Source: a virus
Lineage: Duplodnaviria > Caudoviricetes
Reading direction: 5' to 3' (one strand)
Virus record (IMG/VR): IMGVR_UViG_3300025770_001265
Coordinates: 1 to 59,912 of that record
DNA: 59,912 nt
Within the stretch, counting starts at the first letter, position 1, and each line of letters begins with the position of its first letter. The notes beneath the pieces were generated by a model. The model worked only from the letters and a program-made list of their open reading frames with translations, was not told where the DNA came from and searched no databases. The position numbers were made by a program, and so were the translations under genes. Positions 20,315 through 30,129 of the stretch are shown here, piece by piece.

Positions 20315-20951
20315 AGCAGCTTTAAAGTCGAAGTATGTAGACGAGATCTGGGTAGCCACAGATTGTAGAGAAATTTCCAATACAGTCCTTGATATTGCGC
20401 CTAGCTCTAGTAAAATTAAAGTCTTTAGAAGGTCAGATGAATCAGCGTCGGATACGTCCAATAGTGAGGATGTGCTACTAGAGTTTGCGCATAAGTATAA
20501 AACTCATGGATATTCAAAAGAAGATTTTGATGTAATGATCTTCATGCAGTGCACGTCTCCTTTAACTTTAGCTCAAGATATAGATGGCGCTTTAGAACTA
20601 TTAGAATCTAGCGATCAGATCAATAGCGTAATATCTGGATGTCATGAAGAAGGTGGTTATTTTTGTGGGGGTTTTCAGTGGGTGGAGGAGGATATCAATA
20701 CTAATGTCGCGTCAGCTCAGAGTGCAGGTGTGAAAGTAGCTAGGCGGGTTACGCCATATGAGCATCAAAGGCAAAATGCTCCTAAATATTTTAGAGAAAA
20801 TGGCGCAATGTACCTGACTAGTAAAAAAGATTTAATTCAATCTAAAAAACGATTATCTGGTAATATTCGATTTTATGAAATGCCTAAGTGTAGGAGTTTC
20901 GAAATAGATACGCCAAAAGATTTAATAGAAATTGAAAGTATTCTAGATTAA
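20199..20951 (+). CDS. neuA: Acylneuraminate (CMP-nonulosonate) cytidylyltransferase
   Basis: VIPARKGSKGIPKKN, VATD, QCTSPL, ENGAMY and SFEIDTPKD are diagnostic CTP_transf_3/NeuA motifs. Confidence 0.9.
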   Translation: MINKKKTIVVIPARKGSKGIPKKNLKMVNGKSLIRHPVEAALKSKYVDEIWVATDCREISNTVLDIAPSSSKIKVFRRSDESASDTSNSEDVLLEFAHKYKTHGYSKEDFDVMIFMQCTSPLTLAQDIDGALELLESSDQINSVISGCHEEGGYFCGGFQWVEEDINTNVASAQSAGVKVARRVTPYEHQRQNAPKYFRENGAMYLTSKKDLIQSKKRLSGNIRFYEMPKCRSFEIDTPKDLIEIESILD

Positions 20952-20991
20952 AAAACTGGAGTAATATTTTAAAATCTGACACACTACTACT

Positions 20992-21516
20992 ATGGGCATG
21001 TTTGACATGGTTATATGTAAGTTGAGTCTACCTTATCCTAAGGATCTTCAAGGATTAATACCGTCTGAAGAATTTCAGACTAAAGATTTAAATAATGCTT
21101 TAGATTCCTTTTTTATAGGAGTAAAAGGACAATTATGGAAATTTGATCAGAAGGCCGGCGGTAGTGATGAAAAGCACAAAATGCACATTACCAAAAGTAT
21201 CAATATACACACATACTCTCGTCAGGAAAATGCTGACTACTGGTACTCATTTGAATTAAAGGTTGTTGTAGGTCGAATAAGAAATAAAAAATTAAAAGAA
21301 TTTAAAGTTTACGATAATTCCGAAAGGAAGGCGCGCGAACTAAATTTAAAAAAAGATCTAGAGTTTAGACAGCAAATCCGTATGAGGTGGTGGTATGCGA
21401 CCTATGTAAATATATGGCAAAGACCTTTGAAGTTTCTTTTTTCAAAATTTAGACAATTTAATAAATATTTATATAAAAAGTTATGGGTACTAGAGAAATT
21501 CTTATTACGGTTTTAG
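20992..21516 (+). CDS. Hypothetical phage protein
   Basis: 174 aa; MGMFDxV...FQTKDL N-terminus of a type common in phages. Confidence 0.65.
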   Translation: MGMFDMVICKLSLPYPKDLQGLIPSEEFQTKDLNNALDSFFIGVKGQLWKFDQKAGGSDEKHKMHITKSINIHTYSRQENADYWYSFELKVVVGRIRNKKLKEFKVYDNSERKARELNLKKDLEFRQQIRMRWWYATYVNIWQRPLKFLFSKFRQFNKYLYKKLWVLEKFLLRF

Positions 21517-21606
21517 GGTTAAGCATCATCCATCTGATGACAGCATGCGTGACGCATGAAATTCATTTACACATTAATGACAATGTTAAAATTGTAGAAA
21601 GCATAA

Positions 21607-22287
21607 ATGAATAATCTATATTTTACATATCTTACAGTAGAGTACCATTTAGGCTCACAAGAAGACTATACTACATACACTAGGGGAAAATGTTTCTCAG
21701 ATATAAAAGAGTCTATAGAAAAATATTTCAAAGAAGAATTAAATCCGCTCAATACTGTAAAGTATATTAGAATTTATAAATTAAAGTGTGGAAAAAAATT
21801 TAAAAGTATAGAAATAGATAATAAGATATGGGGATTTTTACTTCAGGTTGCATATCCAAATGCGAGTAATAAACTTGTTCTAACAAAGGTAGGTAAAAAA
21901 AGAACTACTAAGCACAGATGGAACCATAGCCTACCAAAAAATGGTATCAGTAATGGGTTTAAGAAAGGCAAAAAGAATTGGGCTTACATCCATAAAAAAG
22001 GAATTTCCAAGCCTTGGCATAAAAGGAGGAATATTAGATATCGAGGTAAATGGGTGGAGGTAAGTGAAGAGGAGATTTTAAGAGAAGAAAACGAATTAAA
22101 GGAAGCACTTTTGGAGGCTAATGGAAATAGGTCAAAAGCAGCGAAAATCCTAAAAATTAATCGTAATACCTTGTACAGTAGGATGCGTCGACATCCTGAT
22201 ATAGACTGGAATAAACTAATTCCTAAACGTGAAAAAAATTTAAATAAGAATGATAATAGCAACAGCAGACAACCACATAGGTTATAG
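21607..22287 (+). CDS. Basic protein with C-terminal Fis-type HTH
   Basis: EALLEANGNRSKAAKILKINRNTLYSRM matches the HTH_8 consensus. Confidence 0.75.
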   Translation: MNNLYFTYLTVEYHLGSQEDYTTYTRGKCFSDIKESIEKYFKEELNPLNTVKYIRIYKLKCGKKFKSIEIDNKIWGFLLQVAYPNASNKLVLTKVGKKRTTKHRWNHSLPKNGISNGFKKGKKNWAYIHKKGISKPWHKRRNIRYRGKWVEVSEEEILREENELKEALLEANGNRSKAAKILKINRNTLYSRMRRHPDIDWNKLIPKREKNLNKNDNSNSRQPHRL

Positions 22288-23371
22288 ACAATATGGATTA
22301 AAAAGTAGAGAGGAAGACATACAAAATAGTTTTAAAGCTATTATAGATGCTGCTATAAATAGCTCATCTGACCTCACAATAAGTGGTGATTTAATACATA
22401 CCACTAGACCCACGCCAGCATCAATCGCATTTTTAAAAGAATGCCACCTACGTATGATGAGCCATGGCATGGCAGCATATGTTATATCGGGAAATCATGA
22501 TAAGAGTAGTCCTCATTGGATTGAGAATTTTTGTGATTCTGATAGTGGAGATACAGGATTTCAGTTGATAGACAATCTCCGGGTCAAAGCGAAAAATAGT
22601 GACATATATATTCGAGGAGTACCTTTTACTAATCTAACAGATTGGAAGGATACAATAACAGATATAAACTCAGACGAGCCTGTAGACCTTGTGCTAATGC
22701 ACCAGTCGTTTAATGAATTTACTAATTTTGAAAATCCAGAAGGATTTAGTGGTGCCGTGTTAAATGACCTTGATCCGCATAAATGTAAGGCGATAGTAGT
22801 TGGGGATACTCATGTTAGCGCTAGCTTTATGACACACCATGGCATTAACGTCATGTCGCCTGGAAGCACAGAGACAATTTCAATGTCGGAAGATAGCGAG
22901 AAAACAGTAATTTTAATCAGACGATCTTCCTCTCAACACGAGGATGACGATGGACTCGTATTTAACGATATTCCAGTACCCACAAGGCCATGTTATTCAT
23001 TCGATATCAGCGACGAGAAAGAACTAGATTTTGTTATAGAATGTCTAACTCCAGACATGGATAAAGGACCTATAGTTAATATTAAATGCAATTATGCTGT
23101 GGACAGTGGTCTGTCTAGACTTAATCAACTATTTGTAGGAGAAGCTATCCTAAGGTTTAGACACTATAATCCTAAGGTAGAAGAAGCTATAGATACGGAA
23201 AATGAATTAAATATACAAGAAGTTCTAAGTAAGTTTATAAACGCCGAAGATGCTGAATACGAGTTAGCTACAATTCTTACAAATCCGGAATGTGATGCTC
23301 GTTACGAGATAGATTCATATATAGATAAAAGATTAGATGAATTGCAAGATTCTGAGTTACATACTGGATGA
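22250..23371 (+). CDS. sbcD: SbcD/Mre11-like metallophosphoesterase nuclease
   Basis: ADNHIG, GDLIH, GNHD, MHQ, GDTH and PGSTE motifs. Confidence 0.9.
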   Translation: MIIATADNHIGYRQYGLKSREEDIQNSFKAIIDAAINSSSDLTISGDLIHTTRPTPASIAFLKECHLRMMSHGMAAYVISGNHDKSSPHWIENFCDSDSGDTGFQLIDNLRVKAKNSDIYIRGVPFTNLTDWKDTITDINSDEPVDLVLMHQSFNEFTNFENPEGFSGAVLNDLDPHKCKAIVVGDTHVSASFMTHHGINVMSPGSTETISMSEDSEKTVILIRRSSSQHEDDDGLVFNDIPVPTRPCYSFDISDEKELDFVIECLTPDMDKGPIVNIKCNYAVDSGLSRLNQLFVGEAILRFRHYNPKVEEAIDTENELNIQEVLSKFINAEDAEYELATILTNPECDARYEIDSYIDKRLDELQDSELHTG

Positions 23372-23615
23372 TAGCGTTGTCGTAGTTAATCCTAAATTCG
23401 TAATTAGTGTTTACTCGCAAAGTGAGCTAGTCGCTCAATACGGAGCATTTATGATATTTCGTAACGACCTACTTAATGCTACATTATACGCACTACATAT
23501 AAATAAAAAAGCAAAAGATGAGTGTGAAGTACATATTCATAAGGATGGCGAAAAAATCTTAAACCTCAGATTAATCAACCCAAAGGAGGGCATGGAAGCC
23601 CTAAAAGCAATATGA
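23337..23615 (+). CDS. Hypothetical protein
   Basis: 92-aa ORF overlapping both neighbours in the operon. Confidence 0.55.
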   Translation: MNCKILSYILDDSVVVVNPKFVISVYSQSELVAQYGAFMIFRNDLLNATLYALHINKKAKDECEVHIHKDGEKILNLRLINPKEGMEALKAI

Positions 23616-24061
23616 GTTTACTATGCGATAATATAGATGGCTTTCCTGTTAATTTTAAGGAAAAAAGTCCCTTAAAGGGATTCCGCTATCCGGTTTTTCA
23701 TAATAAAGAATTTAATATTAATTATTATGTAATAGAGAAACCTACTTATGTAATGAAATCAAAAGTAGAGTATGAGTTTAGGAAGGATAAGGAGGAGCCT
23801 GAAGATGGGTCTGAATATTTCTCATTGGATCAAACTATGTCGAAAGATCTTTTAGATCACTATTACGACGATGGTTATAGAAAATTATTTATCCTCCTAA
23901 AGGGACCAACATTAAACTATATTAAAGGTACCGTTTTAGAAAAAACCTCATATAAAAAAAATAAAATGTATATGGGGCTATATGTATCCAACAGAGATTG
24001 GAATTTTAAAAGTTTAATGTTTAGTACAAAAGAAATGACTTTTATAAAAAAAGAAACTTAA
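23612..24061 (+). CDS. Hypothetical protein
   Basis: 149-aa ORF with ATGA overlap. Confidence 0.6.
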   Translation: MSLLCDNIDGFPVNFKEKSPLKGFRYPVFHNKEFNINYYVIEKPTYVMKSKVEYEFRKDKEEPEDGSEYFSLDQTMSKDLLDHYYDDGYRKLFILLKGPTLNYIKGTVLEKTSYKKNKMYMGLYVSNRDWNFKSLMFSTKEMTFIKKET

Positions 24062-24063
24062 GC

Positions 24064-26232
24064 ATGATTATAAATAAAATAAAATTAAAAAATTTTGGTG
24101 CGCATAAAAATATTAATTTTGAGACTAATGGACAGCGTGTTATAGGATTACTTGGTAAAAATGGATCAGGAAAAAGCACAATATTAAATGCCATTAAATT
24201 TGCGTTTACAGGCGACATAGAGGGTACTATAGAATCTAACCTCCGCCATGGCAGCACTACAGGTTCGGTTGAGATAGAGTTTGTAAAAAATAATGAAACT
24301 GGACGTATTAATAGATCGGTAGGTAAAACGTCTAAGGCAAATTTAACCTGGCGTGGTAAATCTTACAGTGTTAAAAAAGAAATTGAGTTTGTGCTATTAG
24401 AGCTGTTAGGTGTAGATAAAAAGTCACTATCTAATGCTGTATTCCTCAATCAAGGAAGTTTAAACAGAATCTTATTTGGTTCAGACGCAGATAGAGAAGA
24501 GCTATTTATTAAAGTTATGAATGTCTCGTACTGCCAGAAGTTTGCAGATATTCTAGATCAAAAAAGTAAAACATTAAAAGATGCAAATGATTCAGCACTA
24601 GTAGTAGACGAGCTTAATAGACAACGAATAATACTATCGGAAAAAATAGATTCACATAGAGAAGATTTAGCTAATTACCCCAATTGTGATAGTGAAATCG
24701 AAACTTTAGAAACTCGTGAAAAATTAATAAACTTACTTGTCGGTTCAATAAATAAAATTAATGAAGATAAAAATTTATTAGCACAGTATACACAAGAGTT
24801 AAAAACTATAATAGATTCTGATTTTGAAGAAGTGTCTGAACATCAAAAGAAAATTGAAGATGCAAATAAAGAGTTATTTCAAGTCAAAGAACGTATTAAA
24901 CTCCAGACGAGTATAAACCGCATAAAAGTCCCACTCGAAGATCTTACTGCCTCGATTTCATCGTTACGAGAGGATCATACTAGGACCAAGATAGAATTAG
25001 ATCATTTAGAAAGTCAAAAAGATGTGCATGATAAGTTAAAAGAAGAAGCTAATAAATTGGAATTTGAGCACGAACAAATGTCAAAATGGCTAGCAATACA
25101 AAAAGAAGCTTTTGATTCGTATGAGAATGCTGACGACACTAAAAGCCAGTGTTTTAAATGCGGACTACTAGTATCGCGTGTCACAGAATCTGAGTTAAAT
25201 AAATTAATACATCTCTGTAGATCTTTGGGGGACGAAGCTTGCTATAAGAAAAATAAGTTTAGGGAATTCAAAAATCTCTACGATAGTGCGTGTAAAAAAG
25301 AATTAGAGGCATATGAATTTTTAAATGACACTATTAAAGAATGTGCTAACTTGGAACAACAGCTTTCGGATCTTGATTCAACTCCAGTAATCGGAAAATT
25401 GGATAATTCTTCTGTAGATTTCTTACATAATTTAAAGTTGAGTAAAGAAAAATCTATATCGAAGTTATCTGAAAGACTCGAATACATACTAGAATTGACT
25501 AATAAGAAAACGAAATTTGAAACACTTGTACAAGAGAAAAATACAGCTATTGAATCTGGAACTTCTGCTGTTGAAGAGATCCAGAAACAGCTAGACTCCC
25601 TACCTACGTACGGAAAGGAGATTAGTCACTATAAAGGTGTAAACAGTCTGAGAAATGAAACTCGAGGAAAGATTGAAGAATTACAAAGCCAGCTAACCGA
25701 CACAAGTAAAAGGCATGGTGAGTTACTCGAAGAGAATGATGAGTCGGAGCGTAAGAAAATAATATATAGTGAGTTAAAAAAGTTAAAGGATATATTTTCA
25801 AGAAAAGGATTACCTAAGTCTTATGTTGACTCTAGATTTAGCATATTGACTGAATTGACTCAAAAGAATCTTGAAACCTTAGAAACAGATTTTTTTATAA
25901 ACCAGTCTCAAGAAAAATCTTTAGCCTTTGACTATACTATAGTGTACGACGGCGACAATATAGAACTACCCATGAATAAACTATCCGGAGGTCAAAGAGT
26001 TCGGTTGAGTTTGGCCTTTATATTAGCTGTCCAGCAGTTAATCGTGGCTGAGCTGGGTTTTATTACTCTTGACGAGCCTTCTACTCATTTAGATGAAGAA
26101 GGTGTTGACAGTCTGTGTAATTTGTTAAAAAAAGTACGTGATGTATTTGCAGACTCAGAGCACCAACTTTGGGTGTGTGATCATAATCCAAAACTTGAAG
26201 CTGCTTTTGATAAAATTTTAAAACTTACGTGA
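24064..26232 (+). CDS. sbcC: SbcC/Rad50-like SMC ATPase
   Basis: Walker A GKNGSGKST, Q-loop LNQG, coiled coil with zinc hook CFKCG, signature LSGGQ, Walker B TLDEPSTHLD, H-loop CDH. Confidence 0.92.
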   Translation: MIINKIKLKNFGAHKNINFETNGQRVIGLLGKNGSGKSTILNAIKFAFTGDIEGTIESNLRHGSTTGSVEIEFVKNNETGRINRSVGKTSKANLTWRGKSYSVKKEIEFVLLELLGVDKKSLSNAVFLNQGSLNRILFGSDADREELFIKVMNVSYCQKFADILDQKSKTLKDANDSALVVDELNRQRIILSEKIDSHREDLANYPNCDSEIETLETREKLINLLVGSINKINEDKNLLAQYTQELKTIIDSDFEEVSEHQKKIEDANKELFQVKERIKLQTSINRIKVPLEDLTASISSLREDHTRTKIELDHLESQKDVHDKLKEEANKLEFEHEQMSKWLAIQKEAFDSYENADDTKSQCFKCGLLVSRVTESELNKLIHLCRSLGDEACYKKNKFREFKNLYDSACKKELEAYEFLNDTIKECANLEQQLSDLDSTPVIGKLDNSSVDFLHNLKLSKEKSISKLSERLEYILELTNKKTKFETLVQEKNTAIESGTSAVEEIQKQLDSLPTYGKEISHYKGVNSLRNETRGKIEELQSQLTDTSKRHGELLEENDESERKKIIYSELKKLKDIFSRKGLPKSYVDSRFSILTELTQKNLETLETDFFINQSQEKSLAFDYTIVYDGDNIELPMNKLSGGQRVRLSLAFILAVQQLIVAELGFITLDEPSTHLDEEGVDSLCNLLKKVRDVFADSEHQLWVCDHNPKLEAAFDKILKLT

Positions 26233-26705
26233 TATACAAGATTAAGATAACGTTTACCACAAATTTTCTTGGGGGAGGCGATAGAGACAAAAAAACCTCT
26301 GTTCGCTCCCTCAAGAAAACGGATGACGGGTTAGTTGAATTTCACGACCAAGAATTTAAAAAAACTACTGAGTTAGTATTAAAGCAACTAAATATTAATT
26401 TAAATGTCGAGAAGCTAAAAATACCGAATGGATTCAATGCCAGTGGTAGAATATCAGTTTTACGGCGAGTATATAATAAAGTTAATATAGATTTGTTTGA
26501 AGGAATTAAACGAGGTAATTCTGTAACTATGCAGTTGCTATATAATGATACTTCAGACAAAAGTCCGTCTGCAGACGACATCAAAAAAATAATGTCTGTG
26601 TTTGGGAAGTTCCACGGAATTTCTCAGTGGGGGCGTAAGTTTAACTGCGGTAGATTCGTAGTTAATTACGCTAAAATATTAAATTCAGAAAACTATGAGT
26701 GTTAA
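26229..26705 (+). CDS. Small protein with RAMP (Cas7/Cas5-like) hallmarks
   Basis: N-terminal strand YKIKITFTTNFLGG and C-terminal G-rich loop GKFHGISQWGRKFNCGRFVV. Confidence 0.45.
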   Translation: MIYKIKITFTTNFLGGGDRDKKTSVRSLKKTDDGLVEFHDQEFKKTTELVLKQLNINLNVEKLKIPNGFNASGRISVLRRVYNKVNIDLFEGIKRGNSVTMQLLYNDTSDKSPSADDIKKIMSVFGKFHGISQWGRKFNCGRFVVNYAKILNSENYEC

Positions 26706-28140
26706 ATTTCATTGGTATGATACGGTACTTGTGATTGAGAATCCTACAGCCAAAATGGAAAAATTTTTAGTGTGGGATAAGAAAAAATTAGTTCTTGATA
26801 AAAGAACATTTACAAGAAGATCTAAAATTGAAAAAGTAAAACTTTTTAATGTTTGGCATGAAGGTAGTAAAAGAAAAGGTCGTGTAATTGAAACTCCACA
26901 CGGCTTTAAAGATCAATTAATATTAATGTGTAAGAAGGAAGGGGAAAAATGGGAGTTATTCGATAAACGTATTCCCGTAAAGGCGCCAAAATTAGGTTTG
27001 ACTGGAGGATTTAGACTTGAACAGCAACCACTATTCGAAGAATTTATTGGTAAAAATCAATCTGGAATACTACAGGCTCCAACGCGTTATGGTAAGAGTA
27101 TAATGATAATAAACACCATGCGTGCATTTCCTAATATGAAAACAGTTGTTGCCGCTCCGGGTGTAGATTTACTAAATCAAACTGTAGATGATTTTAAAAA
27201 AGCATTGCCTGAACGTGATATTAAAGGAGTGTTTACCGGCAGTAAAAATAGAACGCAGTCTGCAGATATAACAATATGTAGTTTAGATTCCCTACATAAA
27301 ATGGATACTGAGGGTACTCATTTATTATTGATCGATGAGCCGCACGCTGCTGTTAGCGAGACAAGAGCACCTGTAATAGCTAGATTTAAAAATGCTAGAA
27401 TTTATGGTTTTGGCGCAACGTTAACAGGTAGGTATGATAATGCGGACAAGTTACTCACCGGACTAGTAGGTCCAGTACTAGCAAAACGTACATTTAGAGA
27501 GGCTGTAAGTGAAAATGCGATATGTGACATTGAAGTCTATATGGTACGTTTTCCTTTTGAGGCTTTCTCTTGTCGTAAACGAGAATTAGCTTATAAGCGT
27601 TTATTGTACGAAAATCAAATATTCATAGACGCAGTAGGTTCTATAGCAAATAGTGTTTTACCTAAAAACTGGCAGACTATAATATTCGTAGATCAACAGA
27701 AGCAGGCAGACTTATTGGCGGATAATATTGACGAAGCAAAGACCGTAATAGCCGGTAGAATGAAAATCAAAGAGCGTAAAGAAACGTTTCAAAACATGGT
27801 AAATAATCATGTGAAACGTTGCATCTGTACTGATGTATATGCGCAAGGCGTGACATTCCCAGACTTACGGGTAATGATAAATGCTGCAGGAGGAGGTGGG
27901 TCTATATCTAGTACGCAGAAACCAGGCAGGTTGGCTCAGATTAGAGAAAATAAGAATTGTGGTTATTTAGTAGATTTTTTATTTGAATGCTCAAACCCAC
28001 CTAAGCCTGAAGATAATGTACGTGGAGCAGACCTATGGCGTATGGTAGCTAATGATAGTATGCTAAGGTTACGCCAGTATGATAAATTGGGTTACAAAAT
28101 AAATGTAATCAATTCACTAGCTGAGATAACTATGACATGA
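26695..28140 (+). CDS. Superfamily 2 helicase (UvsW/ResIII-like)
   Basis: QAPTRYGKS, LIDEPH, FGATL, QGVTFPDL and QKPGRL motifs. Confidence 0.88.
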   Translation: MSVKFHWYDTVLVIENPTAKMEKFLVWDKKKLVLDKRTFTRRSKIEKVKLFNVWHEGSKRKGRVIETPHGFKDQLILMCKKEGEKWELFDKRIPVKAPKLGLTGGFRLEQQPLFEEFIGKNQSGILQAPTRYGKSIMIINTMRAFPNMKTVVAAPGVDLLNQTVDDFKKALPERDIKGVFTGSKNRTQSADITICSLDSLHKMDTEGTHLLLIDEPHAAVSETRAPVIARFKNARIYGFGATLTGRYDNADKLLTGLVGPVLAKRTFREAVSENAICDIEVYMVRFPFEAFSCRKRELAYKRLLYENQIFIDAVGSIANSVLPKNWQTIIFVDQQKQADLLADNIDEAKTVIAGRMKIKERKETFQNMVNNHVKRCICTDVYAQGVTFPDLRVMINAAGGGGSISSTQKPGRLAQIRENKNCGYLVDFLFECSNPPKPEDNVRGADLWRMVANDSMLRLRQYDKLGYKINVINSLAEITMT

Positions 28141-28712
28141 ACTATGAGTTAAATGAATTACATAACCTAGCACAGGTGATTAAAGATGGTTTCTTTAAGA
28201 GAAAAGAAATCCAAAGAAATAGAAAATATAGACCTCATCCAAAGTACCTAGAAAAGGAACTCTGGTTAAAGGCGGCAAAAATATGTAAAGAATTACAGGC
28301 AGACCCAATTGACTTTGTGGAAGCTGCTTTTGTTTTTGCCATAAAGCCCAAAGAAGCTCCATTTCCTCCAATGCTAACAGGGAAGGCTATATATATGTGG
28401 TATAAGGATTATATGAAAGAATTCGATAGTGAGGTTGGAGGCTCGAAATTAAATCAACTAATAGACCAGGAAATAAGAACGGCCCTTCAAGTTTGTACCA
28501 TACGTGAGAAAAGACTTGGTAAAACTTTTAGAGACACGCTGTTGGATAACATAATAAAATTTTCCCCTTATATAAGATTATTATTATTAAAAGATGAACT
28601 TGAGGCTTGGGCCAGGTTCAAAGAAGAAGTTAAATCCGCAATTAAAATAAAACCCGGATTGAGTGCAATACTAGAAGAAAGAGGTTTGGAGATAAATAAA
28701 CTATATGAGTGA
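28137..28712 (+). CDS. Hypothetical protein
   Basis: 191-aa ORF coupled between the two helicases. Confidence 0.65.
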   Translation: MNYELNELHNLAQVIKDGFFKRKEIQRNRKYRPHPKYLEKELWLKAAKICKELQADPIDFVEAAFVFAIKPKEAPFPPMLTGKAIYMWYKDYMKEFDSEVGGSKLNQLIDQEIRTALQVCTIREKRLGKTFRDTLLDNIIKFSPYIRLLLLKDELEAWARFKEEVKSAIKIKPGLSAILEERGLEINKLYE

Positions 28713-30129
28713 GCTATCAGATGAACTTAAACAAAATATAGATAGAAATCCTGCAGTATTTGAGTCTTATATAATGGCTGCCCTTATTGGCAGTCATTCG
28801 TTTTTCCTGCAACATGGTTATAAAATCTGTCCAATCCGACCACGAATAAATGAGCGTCGTAAGGATTTTTCCCATAATTGGTTAAACGTACTATATGAAG
28901 CTTTATGTGTATATTGGCAGGGTCAGAATACTACGATTAATGAAAACCCCATCCCAAGAGCAGCCTTAGATATTTATCTAAATGAGGCGTCTGATCGTGG
29001 AAGGATACTTGATAAGGAAATAGAGGACCTAGACGTAGGGCTTGTAAATATTTACTCGCTGGTGGAGGTTAACATAGAAGCAACCATGACATTCGTGGAG
29101 AGCGGTGTATTATCACGATGGCTGGGTATTAGATTAGCGCAAGAGTGGTCAAAAGATGCTGTAGCTGATCCTAACATCCTAACCCCAGAAAGGATTGCTG
29201 AGTGGCACGATGAGTTGCAAAGAATCCCAGCAGAAGATGATGATGGATCTATTGTGACAGTGTCGGACACTATAAGAAATACAGAAACACGGGGGGAGCT
29301 GTATACGCTCCCAGAACTTCCCGCATTATCTAAAGCTGTTGGAGGCGGCTTTGCAAAAGGAGAGCACACGCTAATAGCAGCTACCACCGGTGGGGGTAAA
29401 ACCGTACTGGCAATGCAAATGGCAGCAACATGGGCTTCCATTGGCATCAACGTAACCGTAGTAACTACTGAACAAAAACCAGCTCAATTAATGCATAGGG
29501 CCTATTCATGTATGAATAATATTCCTTTTGAATTTTTTACAGAGACGGATGATATATGCCCAGAAACTAAGTTGCCTATGCGTGTGACTACTGATGGGGA
29601 GTGGATGGAAGGCGTACATAACTTCAGAGCTCACGTAGAGAATAGACTAACCTTTTTAGATTGGTCGGGCTCTCGTAAAACTATAGTAGGAGATTTAGCC
29701 AGTAATTTAGATAAGTTAAAACGAGCTATTCCTAATTATGAGACTGATATACTAATATTTGATTGGATAGGAGCCTCCCTACAACGTGGCGCAAAAGTCG
29801 ATGCTATACGCCACCTATATAATGATGTTGCCGCTGAGTTGAAAGTAATAGCTGTTGAGAAAAACTTATGTGTATTTTCTTTCGCGCAGCTAAATAAGCA
29901 ACTTACAAAAAATTCATCAAAACCAGATCATACAATGCTGCATGAATGTAAATCACTACCGGATCAATGCGTTAATGCCTTGTACCTAAGTTCGATAAAA
30001 AATAATCGAGAAGAGGAAGAAGCTTACACGCGTATGCAGTTTATTAATGTGGCTAAGTCCAGGTTTGGACCAGGTGGGCATATTAAGGTGGCTCGTGATT
30101 TTCAATACCAAAGATTCTCTCCTCAATGA
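28705..30129 (+). CDS. dnaB: DnaB-like replicative helicase
   Basis: GGGFAKGEHTLIAATTGGGKT, VTTEQ, IFDWIG, FAQLNK and AKSRFG. Confidence 0.88.
   Translation: MSELSDELKQNIDRNPAVFESYIMAALIGSHSFFLQHGYKICPIRPRINERRKDFSHNWLNVLYEALCVYWQGQNTTINENPIPRAALDIYLNEASDRGRILDKEIEDLDVGLVNIYSLVEVNIEATMTFVESGVLSRWLGIRLAQEWSKDAVADPNILTPERIAEWHDELQRIPAEDDDGSIVTVSDTIRNTETRGELYTLPELPALSKAVGGGFAKGEHTLIAATTGGGKTVLAMQMAATWASIGINVTVVTTEQKPAQLMHRAYSCMNNIPFEFFTETDDICPETKLPMRVTTDGEWMEGVHNFRAHVENRLTFLDWSGSRKTIVGDLASNLDKLKRAIPNYETDILIFDWIGASLQRGAKVDAIRHLYNDVAAELKVIAVEKNLCVFSFAQLNKQLTKNSSKPDHTMLHECKSLPDQCVNALYLSSIKNNREEEEAYTRMQFINVAKSRFGPGGHIKVARDFQYQRFSPQ

Noticed and set aside
21520-21590. CTGATGA...GAAA as a hammerhead ribozyme
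   Set aside because: Stem II does not close directly on the core, and no stem I/III with a valid NUH cleavage site can be formed.
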